From positions 27,466,001 to 27,530,000 of the forward strand of contig OZ024755.1 of assembly GCA_964016885.1 (NCBI GenBank): a DNA stretch of 64,000 bases. The letters run 5' to 3'. A program made the position numbers and the translations under genes. Positions 12,385-25,410 of this stretch are shown one piece after another. The stretch is from Eledone cirrhosa (taxonomy: Eukaryota). The notes beneath the pieces are model-generated. The model saw nothing but the letters and a program-made list of their open reading frames with translations, made no database searches and had not been told where the DNA came from. Each line of letters begins with the position of its first letter. The first letter of the stretch is position 1.

Positions 12385-12768
12385 ACAACGATACGCGATG
12401 GGGCCCACCCACAGCCCCGTCGGACAGAATGGAGAAGGCGTTTCCCCGGAGAACGGCAAGGGCGACGTGCTGGAAGAGCTACTCCAACTCGCGGGGCTCA
12501 CACCTGCGGCTGGCCAGCACAGCTGCCTATGGTGGTGAGTAAGGAGGTAGCCCTGGGGGTGAGGACACCAGAAGTCTCCACTGCCAGGGGTACGACCGCA
12601 AACCTGTCGGAGAGCGACCGGTATTTGAGGAGTTTGGCCCCCTCAGCCCGACGTGCAGCAGAACCTGGGTCAGTCGCAGACTGCACCAGGTTGCGGCTGC
12701 AGAAAGTGTCGGTGCAAGAGGCATCCCAGACGAGGGGTTTGCTACCGCGGAACGGGAAGATGGTAATA

Positions 12769-12775
<7 letters not shown>
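12385..12775 (-). mobile_element. CRE-like retrotransposon 3' fragment (RLE domain)
   Basis: DGITIFPFRGSKPLVWDASCTDT...AARRAEGAKLLKY...VPLAVETSG...LRGNAFSIL. Confidence 0.85.
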
Positions 12776-12805
<30 letters not shown>

Positions 12806-12887
12806 TTAATATAGAAGAGATTCTACAGGACTAGAACTGTTTCATTCATTAGAAATCATCCTTGCTAAAACAATCTCTATACCTCTC

Positions 12888-12937
<50 letters not shown>

Positions 12938-13018
12938 GAGAGGTATAGAGATTGTTTTAGCAAGAAGCTAACAGCATTCTATAACATATATGCGACTATA
13001 ACGTCATATATATATATA

Positions 13019-14150
13019 CAGAGTGCGGACGGTGTTTGAGGACACATGCATTTTTAGTCATTATTTTATTTGACTAATTTTTTATTGAACTTCTATTTCA
13101 GAAAATAACAATGAAAATAACTATGCTTACTAATGAAATGAAAAGGCATGTTGTGATTGTGGCTTTGAAGGCTAAGCATGGTGATTTAGAAATTTCTCGT
13201 TTTCTGAAAGTTGCAAGATCTTTTGTCCACAAGATTCGGTGTGAGAAAGAAGATGGAAGCGTATTACCTGTATCAAAACGTAAAAAACCTTCCAAATACT
13301 CTGATTCTATCAGGACACCTGAATTTATTCAGGAGGTTAAGAAAAACATTGAGACAATCCAGGAAAATCAATGAGGTCAATTGCAAAAAATGTTGATGTG
13401 TCAGAAAAAACAATCAGAAATGTTGTGCATAAAGACATCAGATACAAATCTTACGTGGTGAGGAGAGGTCAATTCATGTCAGAAAGAAAAAAAAAGAAAA
13501 CCGTTTAACCAGATCCAAAAGACTTCTGAACAAACTTAAAAATCCATCAGAAGATGTTATGATTTGGTTTTTCTCAGATGAGAAAAACTTTGACCTGAAA
13601 GCTAACAAGAAATGACAGGTGGCTATGTACAGACCCTTCTGAGGTTCCACAAAATTTCCTGCAAGTGTCATGGTTTTGGGTGTTGTTAGCAATGAAGGAC
13701 ATGTGATCCTACTCACCCTTTTCCACAAGACCTTAGGGTGCATGCTGCTGCGTATATTAAGGTTCTGGATAAAGTTGTTAAGCCTTGGATCAACAATGTA
13801 TGCAATGGAAGGCCTTATATCTTTCAACAAGATTCTGCACCATCACACAAGGCTCAAATGACACAAGAATTGATGGCCGTAAAATTGCATGATCACATCA
13901 GCCCCAACATTTGGCCTCCTAATTCTCCAGGTCTCAATCCACTGGACTACTATGTATGGAGCATCATTGAGAAAAATGTCAATGAAGACCCCCATAGCAC
14001 CAAAGATTCTTTGAAAGCCGCCATAATTCGAGTCATGTCCGATATGAACAGGGACCACTTAATCCGAGCTTGCAAACGATTTCGACCCCATGTAGAGGCA
14101 GTTATTGATGCTTATGGTGGTTTTATTGAATGAAATACAAAATTTGTTTT
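13019..14150 (+). mobile_element. Tc1/mariner DD37D (maT) transposon, frameshifted transposase
   Basis: TA|CAGAGTG left end; FSDEKNF, VMVLGVVS, FQQDSAPSH, WPPNSPGLNPLDY; 37 residues between the second and third Asp. Confidence 0.9.
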
Positions 14151-14185
14151 ATAATTAGTGACATACTCGAGAAACCAAATTTTGT

Positions 14186-14246
14186 ATTTTATCTGATGAG
14201 TGCGAACCAAAGTTTTTTGGTACCCTTGAAATATATATAATGAAAT
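14186..14246 (+). ncRNA. Minimal hammerhead motif, same family as 5343-5405, stem II partly decayed
   Basis: ATTTTAT CTGATGA ...ACCAAA/TTTGGT... GAAA TATATA TA ATGAAAT. Confidence 0.5.
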
Positions 14247-14286
14247 AAATATGGTTTTATAAATATAGTTTCCATTTATTAATATC

Positions 14287-14336
<50 letters not shown>

Positions 14337-14362
14337 GCATACATACATACGTACGTACATAC

Positions 14363-14962
14363 ATGGTGGCTGCCAACTAGTTTTCGAGTACGGCCACTAC
14401 TTTATATCCATGTAGGAGAACCCCTACCGATGCGCTGAACGAGTGTGACTTTTTAGTACAGCCAGCGACTTGAAAACGCTGATACAAACACTACACTTGT
14501 GACAATTATTGACATATAGTGCTGGGCCCATGGTACCATGTGACGACAAGTGCAGAGAGATCTCCAGATATAAAGCAATGCCTGTGCTGTGAAGCTTTTA
14601 CAGTGAGCAAAGGCACTGCACAAAGCCAGTCCCACTCTCTTAACCAAGATGATATTTACCAAAAAGAAGAACATGTCAACATCATTGGATACCATCAGAG
14701 TTGCAGGTGTTATATCAGAGTTTTCCTTCTCCTAGAATTCTGCCTTGACAAAGGCTAAGGGGTCATCTCTCCCGGTGATTTTGGATGGCCATTGACTCTT
14801 AAGAGCTCCTTTTCCCTTTGACAGGTTTTGTTTTTAGTCCTGCAGGATGTCCAAAGTCACCCTCCTCACCAAGAAACCTTGGTGGGGTTGCCAGTTTAGT
14901 CGCCAACATGAGACAGGTTGTACTGGGATACATGTTACCAGTAGCACCAACTGGTGACCTGA
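14363..14962 (-). mobile_element. Bipartite non-autonomous RTE derivative (5' UTR joined to 3' end), about 600 bp
   Basis: ctaggagaaggaaaactctga 5'-UTR motif; C-terminal C2H2 finger CSVCISVFKSLAVLKSHTRSAH*; terminal stem-loop; near-identical copy at 19838-20440. Confidence 0.7.
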
Positions 14963-14992
14963 CATACATACATACATACATACATACATACA

Positions 14993-15023
<31 letters not shown>

Positions 15024-15071
15024 TGCTTGATACTTCTCACTCTACATTGGTTTCCCTTTCGACTCTCGCAT

Positions 15072-15108
<37 letters not shown>

Positions 15109-15529
15109 GTATATGATTTCCTCCGAATGAAACAGTTCTAGTCCTGTAGAAGCCATTTCTACATTTAAAAAAAAAAATATATATATATACATATATACAT
15201 ATATATGTGAGTGTAAGTGTGTGTGACACACTTTAATATAAAGTTTCGTTCTCGCCTCTGTTACCATCTCTCTCTCTTCTCTATTCTTGCTTCATCTATT
15301 CATTTGTTTAGTGTGATAAAACTGATATCAGACACATTCTCAGCGTGCATAAAGACACACAAACATACACATACAGACTCACAGACATACACATACAGAC
15401 TCACAAACATACACATACAGACACACAAATCTATATATGCATGTATGTGTATACCCCCCACTCTCCTGAGCGTGATTTTAATAAACATTTATCGTACTGC
15501 CTCTCTGTTCTGTCCCTGTTCAATTTTTC

Positions 15530-15711
15530 ATTATATATATATATATATATGTGTGTGTATATGTGTATATATATATATACATATATATATATGTAAGTAA
15601 GTATGCATATATATATATGTGTGTGTATGTATGTGTGTGTGTATGTATATATGTATATATGTATGTATATATATGTGTCTATATATGTATCTATGTAATG
15701 TATCTATGTAC

Positions 15712-15742
<31 letters not shown>

Positions 15743-15895
15743 TGTATGTATGTATGTATGTATGTATCTATATATATCTATGTACATATGTATGTATATA
15801 TGTATATATGTATATATGTATATATGTATCTATGTATATATGTATGTATGTATGTATATATGTATGTATATATGTATGTATGTATGTATATACAT
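15530..15895. repeat. (TATG)n/(TA)n microsatellite
   Basis: Direct reading. Confidence 0.9.
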
Positions 15896-16211
15896 CTGCG
15901 CATATTACTCTCTATATTACGTTGACGTCATCGATGACGTCAACAAGTCAGTTTCAACACCAAACTGGCTAACACTGGAAACCATGTCAAAGTTCAGAGC
16001 TCCAAACTGTTTCCGCTTCCGTCTCTATGGTTGTTGCTGTGGCTTTTATTATCGTTGTTGTTGCAAATGTCGATATAGTTATTATTATTGTTGTTAATTT
16101 CATTTCATGCTTACGAAGTCAATAAAATAAAGTACCAGTAATGCACTGGGTCGATTTATTTGACTTTCCCTAAATTGTTGGCCTTGTGCCTAAATCAGAT
16201 AACAATTATTA

Positions 16212-16975
16212 TTGCTGTTGTTGTTGTTGTTGTGGTGGTGGTGGTGGTCGAAGCTGGTGTTGCTGGTGCTGTTGTTGTTGTTGTTGTTGTTGTTGTGGTG
16301 GTGCTGGTGGTCGAAGCTGGTGTTGCTGGTGTTGTTGTTGTTGTTGTTGTCGTTGTGGTGGTGGTGGTGGTGGTGGTGGTCGAAGCTGGTGTTGGTGGTG
16401 GTGTTGTGGTGGTGGTGGTGGTCGAAGCTGGTGTGGTTGCTGTTGTTGTTGTTGTTGTGGTGGTGGTGGTGGTCGAAGCTGGTGTGGTTGCTGTTGTTGT
16501 TGTTGTTGTTGTGGTGGTGGTGGTCGAAGCTGGTGTTGGTGGTGGTGTTGTTGTTGTGGTGGTGGTGGAGGTCGAAGCTGGTGTTGGTGGTGTTGTTGTT
16601 GTTGTGGTGGTGGTGGTGGTCGAAGCTGGTGTTGGTGGTGTTGTTGTTATTGTTGTGGTGGTGGTGGTGGTGGTCGAAGCTGGTGTTGGTGGTGTTGTTG
16701 TTGTGGTGTTGCTGGTGGTGGTCAAAGCTGGTGTTGGGGGTGTTGTTGTTGTTGTTGTGGTGGTGGTGGTGGTGGTCGAAGCTGGTGTTGGTGGTGTTGT
16801 TGTTGTGGTGTTGCTGGTGGTGGTCAAAGCTGGGGTTGTTGTTATTGTTGTTGTTGTTGTTGTGGTGGTGGTGGTGGTGGTGGTGGATAGTAATGGTGTT
16901 GTTAGTATTAGTATCAGTAGTATTGATAGTAATACCAACACTGTAGCCACCACCACCACCATCATCACCTTCACC

Positions 16976-17006
<31 letters not shown>

Positions 17007-17058
17007 CAACACCACCACCACCAACAACACCACTACCACCACTACCACCACCACCACT
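16212..17058. repeat. (GTT/GGT)n tract with recurring gtcgaagctggt anchor, then (CAC/CAA)n
   Basis: Direct reading. Confidence 0.9.
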
Positions 17059-17160
17059 GTTGCACATCTCTCATCTGATACCATTATCACTATGGACTGA
17101 GTTCAAATCCCGCCGAGGTTAACTTTACCTTTCATCCTTACGGAGTCGATAAAATAAAGT

Positions 17161-18412
17161 ACCAGTAATACACTGGGGTAAATCGTTGGCCTTGTGCCAA
17201 AAGTAGAAATAATTATCACTACCAGTAATACACTGAGGTAATTGTTGACCTTGTGCCAAAAGTAGAAATAATTATCACTACCAGTAATACACTGGGGTAA
17301 TTGTTGACCTTGTGCCAAAAGTAGAAATAATTATCACTACCAGTAATACACTGGGGTAAATTGTTGGCCTTGTGCCAAAAGTAGAAATAATTATCACTCC
17401 CAGTAATACACTGGGGTCAATTGTTGGCCTTGTGCCAAAAGTAGAAATAATTATCACTACCAGTAATACACTGGGGTATTTGTTGACCTTGTGCCAAAAG
17501 TAGAAATAATTATCACTACCAGTAATACACTGGGGTAATTGTTGACCTTGTGCCAAAAGTAGAAATAATTATCACTACCAGTAATACACTGGGGTAATTG
17601 TTGGCCTTGTGCCAAAAGTAGAAATAATTATCACTACCAGTAATACACTGGGGTAATTGTTGACCTTGTGCCAAAAGTAGAAATAATTATCACTACCAGT
17701 AATACACTGGGGTCAATTGTTGGTCTTGTGCCAAAAGTAGAAATAATTATCACTCCCAGTAATACACTGGGGCAAATTGTTGGCCTTGTGCCAAAAGTAG
17801 AAATAATTATCACTACCAGTAATACACTGAGGTAATTGCTGGCCTTGTGCCAAAAGTAGAAATAATTATCACTACCAGTAATACACTGGCGTCAATTGTT
17901 GGCCTTGTGCCAAAAGTAGAAATAATTATCACTCCCAGTAATACACTGGCGTCAATTGTTGGCCTTGTGCCAAAAGTAGAAATAATTATCACTACCAGTA
18001 ATACACTGGGGTAATTGTTGACCTTGTGCCAAAAGTAGAAATAATTATCACTACCAGTAATACACTGGGGTAAATTGTTGGCCTTGTGCCAAAAGTAGAA
18101 ATAATTATCACTACCAGTAATACACTGGGGTAAATTGTTGGCCTTGTGCCAAAAGTAGAAATAATTATCACTACCAGTAATACACTGGGGTAATTGTTGA
18201 CCTTGTGCCAAAAGTAGAAATAATTATCACTACCAGTAATACACTGGGGTCAATTGTTGGTCTTGTGCCAAAAGTAGAAATAATTATCACTCCCAGTAAT
18301 ACACTGGGGTCAATTGTTGGTCTTGTGCCAAAAGTAGAAATAATTATCACTACCAGTAATACACTGGGGTCAATTGTTGGTCTTGTGCCAAAAGTAGAAA
18401 TAATTATCACTC
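17161..18412 (+). repeat. 59-60-bp tandem array, about 21 copies, derived from the SINE 3' end
   Basis: Unit accagtaatacactggggtaattgttggccttgtgccaaaagtagaaataattatcact directly follows a SINE body at 17098. Confidence 0.95.
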
Positions 18413-18529
18413 CCACTGGTGTCAATACTGCTACTGCAATTGAAGAGGTTGCAACTGCCACTGCTGCTGCATGTCTACTGCCAACGTTGCAGTTGTTGTG
18501 CACCGTTGTATATTCGTTGATACTGCCAC

Positions 18530-19157
18530 TGTTGTTGTTGGTGGTGGTGGTGGTGGTGGTGGTGGTGGTGGTGGGGTGGTGGTGGTGGTGGTGGTGGTTG
18601 TGGTGGTGGTGGTGGTGGTAGTGGTGGTGTTGGTTGTGGTGGTGGTGGTGGTGGTGGTGGTGGTGGTGGTGGTGATGGTGGTAGGGGGGGGGGGGGGGGT
18701 CGTGGTGGTGGTCGTGGTGGTGGTTGTGGTGGTGGTGGTGTTCCAACCACTGCCACTGTTGTTGTTGGTGGTGGTGGTGGTGGTGTGGTGGTGGTGGTGG
18801 TGGTGGTGGTGGTGGTGGTGGTGGTGGTGGTGGTGGTGGTGGTGGTGCAACCACTGCCACTGTTGTTGTTGGTGGTGGTGGTGGTGGTGGTGGTGGTGGT
18901 GGTGGTGGTGGTGGTGGTGGTGTTGCAACCACTGCCACTATTGTTGGTGGTGGTGGTGGTTGGGGGGGGGGGGGTCCAACCACTGCCACTGTTGTTGTTG
19001 TTGGTGGTGGTGGTGGTGGTGGTGGTGGTGGTGGTGTGGTGGTGGTGTGGTGGTGGTGATGGTGTTGGGGTGGTGGTGATGGTGTTGGGGTGGTGTGGTG
19101 GTGGTGATGGTGTTGGGGTGGTGGGTGGGGGTGTTGGGTGGGGTGGCGTGGGGGGGT
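18530..19157. repeat. (GGT)n/G-rich simple repeat
   Basis: Direct reading. Confidence 0.9.
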
Positions 19158-19837
19158 TAGTATTATAACCCCTCTATAACCAGAGTGTGAAAGCAACTCC
19201 GTTGAACAGAGCTGTAAATTACTGCTACAGGGTATAGAAATGCCTTATATAATTTATAGCAAACATTTTTGAAGTTCGTTACATACACATACACATATAT
19301 TGACACACATACATACACACATACATACACACATACATACACACATGATGGCTGTAACTCACATTTCGAGTAATGCCATTGCTTGATACTTAAGCATGAG
19401 CATCACGGACGTCGCTTTTTAGCCCTGAGAGGGACTTGCCTATGGCCAGCAATACCATACATTGCAAAAAATGTCACATATCAAACGATGCCTGTGCTTG
19501 AAACTTTTTTCAGTGAGGAAACACACACACACACACATGCATACATACATACATACATACATTCCAAAAATTCTGCATCTAATAACTGCATATACACTTG
19601 TACAGATACAAAGCATATGCACATGCACACATATAACTCAAAATATACACATCCACACATACAATAACATCCATACCTGCACACACACGCATGCATGCTG
19701 ACATCCATACATATCTACCTTGTTCCAATGAGAGAGTCTTGTGTCTGTTAGAAACCGACTCTCTCTCTCCATTGGCAAAAAATTTGTGAAATTATAAAAC
19801 CAGAAGAACATACATATATTCATACATACATACATAG

Positions 19838-20440
19838 ATGGTGGCTGCCAACTCGTTTTCGAGTACGGCCACTACTTTATATCCATGTAGGAGAACCCTT
19901 ACCGATGCGCTGAACGAGTGTGACTTTTTAGTCCAGCCAGCGACTTGAAAACTCTGGTACAAACACTACACTTGTGACAATTATTGACATATAGTGCTGG
20001 GCCCATGGTACCATGTAACGACAAGTGCAGAGAGATCTCCAGATATAAAGCAATGCCTGTGCCGTGAAGCTTTTATAGTGAGAAAAGGCACTGCACAAAG
20101 CCAGTCCCACTCTCTTAACCAAGATGATATTTACCAAAAAGAAGAACAAGTCAACATCATTGGATACCATCAGAGTTGCAGGTGTTATATCAGAGTTTTC
20201 CTACTCCTAGAATTCTGCCTTGACAAAAGCTAAGGGGTCATCTCTCCCGGTGATTTTGGATGGCCATTGACTCTTAAGAGGCCCTTTGACAGGTTTTGTT
20301 TTTAGTCCTGCAGGATGTCCAAAGTCACCCTCCTCACCAAGAAACCTTTTGTGGGGTTGCCAGTTTAGTCGCCAACGACTCGACCATGAGACAGGTTGTA
20401 CTGGGATACATGTTACCAGTAGCACCAACTGGTGACCTGA
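19838..20440 (-). mobile_element. Second copy of the bipartite RTE derivative
   Basis: Same ends and body as 14363-14962; flanked by (CATA)n. Confidence 0.7.
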
Positions 20441-20474
20441 CATACATACATACATACATACATACATACATACA

Positions 20475-20503
<29 letters not shown>

Positions 20504-20505
<2 letters not shown>

Positions 20506-21860
20506 GTGGAGATCAGCTGCCCACTTGATGTAAACGTTGTCAGAAAAATACAAGAGAAGGAGGACATCTACGGACCATTGATGAGGAGTTTGCAAATCCA
20601 GTATCCAAGATACACCTTTAGCTTCATACCTATAATTAGTGGAGCTACGGGTTATATACCAACCCGTTTGGACCAAAGTATGACTGAACTTGGATTTGCG
20701 GACAAAGAGCGCAGCTCCCTAATTCATAGTCTACAAATGGTTGCGATAGCTGGCACCTTCAAAATTTGCAAAACATTCTTGCGATTCAAGGGATGACAAT
20801 TTCTTTTCTTTTACAACCTTGCCACCAGGAAGGTGGCCGGTCAAAAAAATATACGCGAAATTAAGAGAAAGAGATAACATACATACATACATATCTATAT
20901 ACATATGTTGGTAACTGCCTCAATTCAAATCTTGAGAAGCTGTGCTTCACAGGAACAGAAAGAACACGACCAGTGAGGAAATTACAAGTATCCATTAATG
21001 GAACAGTAAAAATATGTAAAACATTCCAAAAATTCTCCATCTAATAACTGCATATACACTTGTACAGATACAAAGCATATGCACATGCACACATATAACT
21101 CAAAACATACACATCCATACATACAATAACATCCATACCTTCACACACACTCATGCATGCAGACATGCATACATATCTACCTAGTTGATATTGTGTAAAT
21201 TCCAATGAGAGAGTCTTGTGTCTATGTTAGAAACCGACTCTCTCTCTATTGGTAAAACTTTGTGAAATTATAAAACCAGAAGGACATACATACATACATG
21301 CATTTTGGCAGATCAATGCCTGTTTATATGCCTTAGCAACAACAGTGAAGCATTATCTTGGTGATAGCAGAGATATTAACAAGAACAAAACACCACCAAA
21401 AATACCATCATAACTAAAATAGAAAAAAAAAGATTGCTGACCCCTACGAAAAACCATAGGATATGTGACAATGCTCCTTACATGCAAACAAACACACAAA
21501 AACTTCACTCCTCACCAACAAAGAGTGAAAAATAAAATAGAGACGATGTTTGGTAACAGTAGAACCAGAACTTTTCAATATAAGCTGATCACCCTCAAAC
21601 AAGAATTGAGAGCTGTCAGCGAAAAACGCCGATATCTGAAGAAGGTAGGCAAAATAATAAGTGTCACTGAGGCCCCATCCCAGAAAGACATAGATTCCTT
21701 TTGGAGAAAAATATAGGGGGAAAAGAAGAATTTTAATCAAGATGCAGTGTGGCTAAAAGAAATCCAAAAGAACTATTGCTCCTACACTACAACAAAAACA
21801 TAGGAAATAAATGAGGGTACCCTTGAGACTGTGATAGGAAAACTCCAAGATAAGAAAACG
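20504..21860 (+). mobile_element. Fragments of RLE-type (R4/NeSL-like) retrotransposons separated by (CATA)n
   Basis: EISCPLDVNVVRKIQEKEDIY...FIPIISGATG...KICKTFL (20504-20796); a second C-terminus GTVKICKTFQKFSI* (20907-21044); N-terminal-type peptide PSQKDIDSFWRKI (about 21670). Confidence 0.7.
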
Positions 21861-22229
21861 GTAAAATGTTAAGGGAGATTAGCTCCCAAGAAAATTTAGT
21901 GATGTAGCTACGACAAAGCTAGTCAAAAAAAGCCCAGTCTTCGCGGGTCTGAGAAAAGTATAAGATTGGTGACTGACACAAATAAGATCACCAAAACTGC
22001 AATACGGTTAACAGCAACAAAAACAATCATACTACATCGTCCTTTCCGCGGGTTAACATGTGATGCGTTCAGACCTTAGGTAGAGGGCCCTTTTAAAAAA
22101 ATATATTACAGTCTCCATCTTATGCTGCAAAAACTGATGATTGTCCTGCGACCTGTCCTGGGAGGCGGTGGATGGACGTACACAGATTGCGTGCCCTGAG
22201 ACCCAAAAGAGGGTTCGGAAGGGAGCAAA

Positions 22230-23382
22230 CTGTAACCAATGGAACCTGGAACATCACAACTTTTACAGGTAAGGAGCAGGATTAGGCTAGCTGCTACCGG
22301 CTAGAAATAGTCGGAGTTTCCCCAACAATGTTCCGTGACTCTGTTATTGTAAATTTGGACGGAGAATGAAAACTTCATTATCAGATATTGCACCAGAAAT
22401 GACAGCACGGGTGAGAGTGGGGATACTCACAAGCTCCTGGCTATTAAAATGTGTTATGGACTAGATCCCATTTGGAGGGACGATTTGCCTCTTGAAGCTT
22501 AGACTAAAAGAAAGGTCTCTGTGGGTGGTGTAAGTTTATGCACCAAACAAGGAGTCTGAATACAGATCTATAACATAATACTGCGTTGTATGAATGTAAC
22601 AGGAGACTCAGTTGTGTGTATAAAGTTTAATTAACAAGTTGAAGTTATGTAGTGCAGAATTGTTGACATGTCAAGAGTAGATGAAAGAATGAAGTAAAGT
22701 TATTTGTTACCGTTTTGAAGTGAGCTCGCAAGAGACCATGTTAGGGTTGCCAGAGAGTAGAGCCTCGGCGAACGCGCTTGGCCGAAGGCCAGCAGCCGAA
22801 AGGGCAAATGAGAGTGAGATCGCCCTGAGCTATCCCTTTTATAGGGTCCCAGGACGGAAGTGACAAAAAGGGTTCTGCCACCCCAACGGAAAGTAACTCC
22901 AGCTACTTCCTGTCTAGAGAGCGTTACTCTACTGGTGATGTGATCGTCACAACAAGGGAGGCAACTCTTGCTACAGATCCTTCCTTGATGAAGTCACTGC
23001 AGCATTAGATGTAGTTAATACTGAGTCATATATCCTAATGAGAGATATCAATTCACATGTTGACACCGATTGGGAGGGAGGATTTGCCTCTTGAAGTTTA
23101 GGCTGAAAGAAAGATCACTGTGGGTGGTGCAAGTCAATGCACCAAACAAGGAGTCTAAATACAGATGAAGTCATTGCAGCGTTAGATGTAGTTAAGACTG
23201 AGTCATATATCCTAGTGGGAGACTTCAATACAGAAGTTGATACTGACCACCAAACATAGAAAGGAGTGATTGGAAGGAACGGTGATCCCAGCCTAAATAC
23301 GAATGGAGAGACCTTACTAGTCTTCTGTTTAGTAATGGCCGCTCTATAATGAACGACTTCCAGCACAAAGACATCCATGAAT
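22230..23382 (+). mobile_element. Degenerate RTE AP-endonuclease region, internally duplicated and interrupted by a solo LTR
   Basis: GTWNITT, VYAP, YILVGDFN, GVIGRNG, LSIMN motifs. Confidence 0.75.
22569..22975 (-). mobile_element. Solo LTR (407 bp) with GATC target-site duplication
   Basis: GATC|TATAAC...GCTACA|GATC; removal restores the RTE peptide ESEYRSFLDEV; TATAAAA on the minus strand. Confidence 0.75.
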
Positions 23383-23756
23383 ATGTGTGCCTGTATGTAT
23401 ATGAGAGAGAGTGTGTGTGTGTGTATGTGGGCATGTGCGTGTGTGTACTTATATAAGATTGTATGTGTATGAGTGTCTATATGTACATGAGTGTATATAT
23501 GTGTGTGCCTGTCTCTCTCTATATATATATGAGTGTCTATATGTATATGAGTGTATATATGTGTGTGCCTGTCTCTCTATATATATATATGAGTGTTAGT
23601 GTGTGTGCGTGTTTGTATGTATATGGGTGTATATATATGTGTGTGTGTCTGTCTATATATATATGAGTGTTTGTGTGTGTATACATGTGTATATATGTAT
23701 GTATGTACGTTACTTGGTCTACTATTTATTACATCAACAAAAATAGTAAAACCCAA

Positions 23757-23795
<39 letters not shown>

Positions 23796-23996
23796 CAGTA
23801 TGTCTGTAATGATCGGTTGTCTAGTTATATCTATATTTAAACATTATAAATACCTGCATGTGATATTTTAATGTTTCCACAACAATAAAATAACACCATC
23901 TATTCATATATAATTGGTTTATTGATAAATATCCCTTCTACATTAAAAGAAAAATCTATATCGTATATGATGCACTTCTGTAATGTTCGATTGTAT

Positions 23997-24072
<76 letters not shown>

Positions 24073-24142
24073 CACATATACATATATATATATATATATA
24101 CATACATATATATATATCTTCGATTTTACTAAGCTTCCACTC

Positions 24143-24223
<81 letters not shown>

Positions 24224-24314
24224 AAGTTATATTTAAAATTGTTGGGTTACAACTAGTAAATATTTATAACTGATATAAAAGCACTCGACAAATATTTCCA
24301 TTTATTTAATATTG

Positions 24315-24351
<37 letters not shown>

Positions 24352-24826
24352 AAATACATATGTATATATATATGTGTATATATATGTGTGCTTGTGTATA
24401 TACACACACATATGTATACATATATATAGAGAGATAGAGAGATATATATACACACATATGTATACATACATATAGAGAGATAGATAGATATATACACACA
24501 CATATATATCATCATCATCATCAACATTTAACGTCCGTGTTCCACGCTTGCATGGGTTTGGACGGGGGTATTCCCACTTGAGGCAAGAGTGATTGTCTTG
24601 CTCGCATAGGACAGTCTGGCAGGTTTTCTACAGTTGGATGCCCTTCCTAACACCAACCACATTTACAGTGTGGGACTGGGAGGTTTTTACCGTGTTGCCT
24701 ACACGGCCACATTACAGCGTGGACTGTGCGTTTTTTTTGTCGTGACACCTACACGATCTCATTTGTTTCGGCCTGGATGTTGTGGCACCAACATAACTTT
24801 ACATAGGAGGGGGTGGTGTGGAGGGG

Positions 24827-24885
<59 letters not shown>

Positions 24886-24904
24886 TTCGTTTTTTAATTT
24901 ATTT

Positions 24905-25102
24905 TGCAAGATTTCCATAAGTTGACATTGTCAAGCCATCGTTTTGGCCGCCGGCCTCTGCTTCTCTTACCAGCCGACCTTCCTTCCAGGCATAACCTAC
25001 TCACACCACGGTTTGATCTTTTTATATGACCGTATAGTTTGAGTACTCTTGACTTGGCAATTGATGTAATTAGTCTGGTAATGTTGAGCAGCTCAGTGAT
25101 AC

Positions 25103-25158
<56 letters not shown>

Positions 25159-25410
25159 TAGACACTAAACTATACAGATATGGTCGTTGAGCCGCTTGCC
25201 AGTCATAAGTCTCATGATGTGGTTCTGGAATGTAGAGAGCTTCTGAAGTGACCTTGTCGTCCAATTAACACAGTCAAGACCAGATAACACAACTCGTAGG
25301 ATGTAAGTATCAAAGACCTTAGCCTTCAAATGGTAGGAAACTCGTTTTGATGTTAGTACTTCCTTGTTCTTGTTGAAAGCTGCCCAACCTAGAGCGATGC
25401 GATACTGCGC
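24905..25410 (-). mobile_element. RTE-like LINE RT C-terminal fragment
   Basis: RIALGWAAFNKNKEVLTSKRVSYHLKAKVFDTYIL. Confidence 0.7.

Noticed and set aside
17161-18412. CRISPR-like array
   Set aside because: No unique spacers, no cas genes, eukaryotic context; the unit is a SINE tail
16160-19196. 234-341 aa low-complexity ORFs
   Set aside because: Translations of simple repeats and the SINE-derived array
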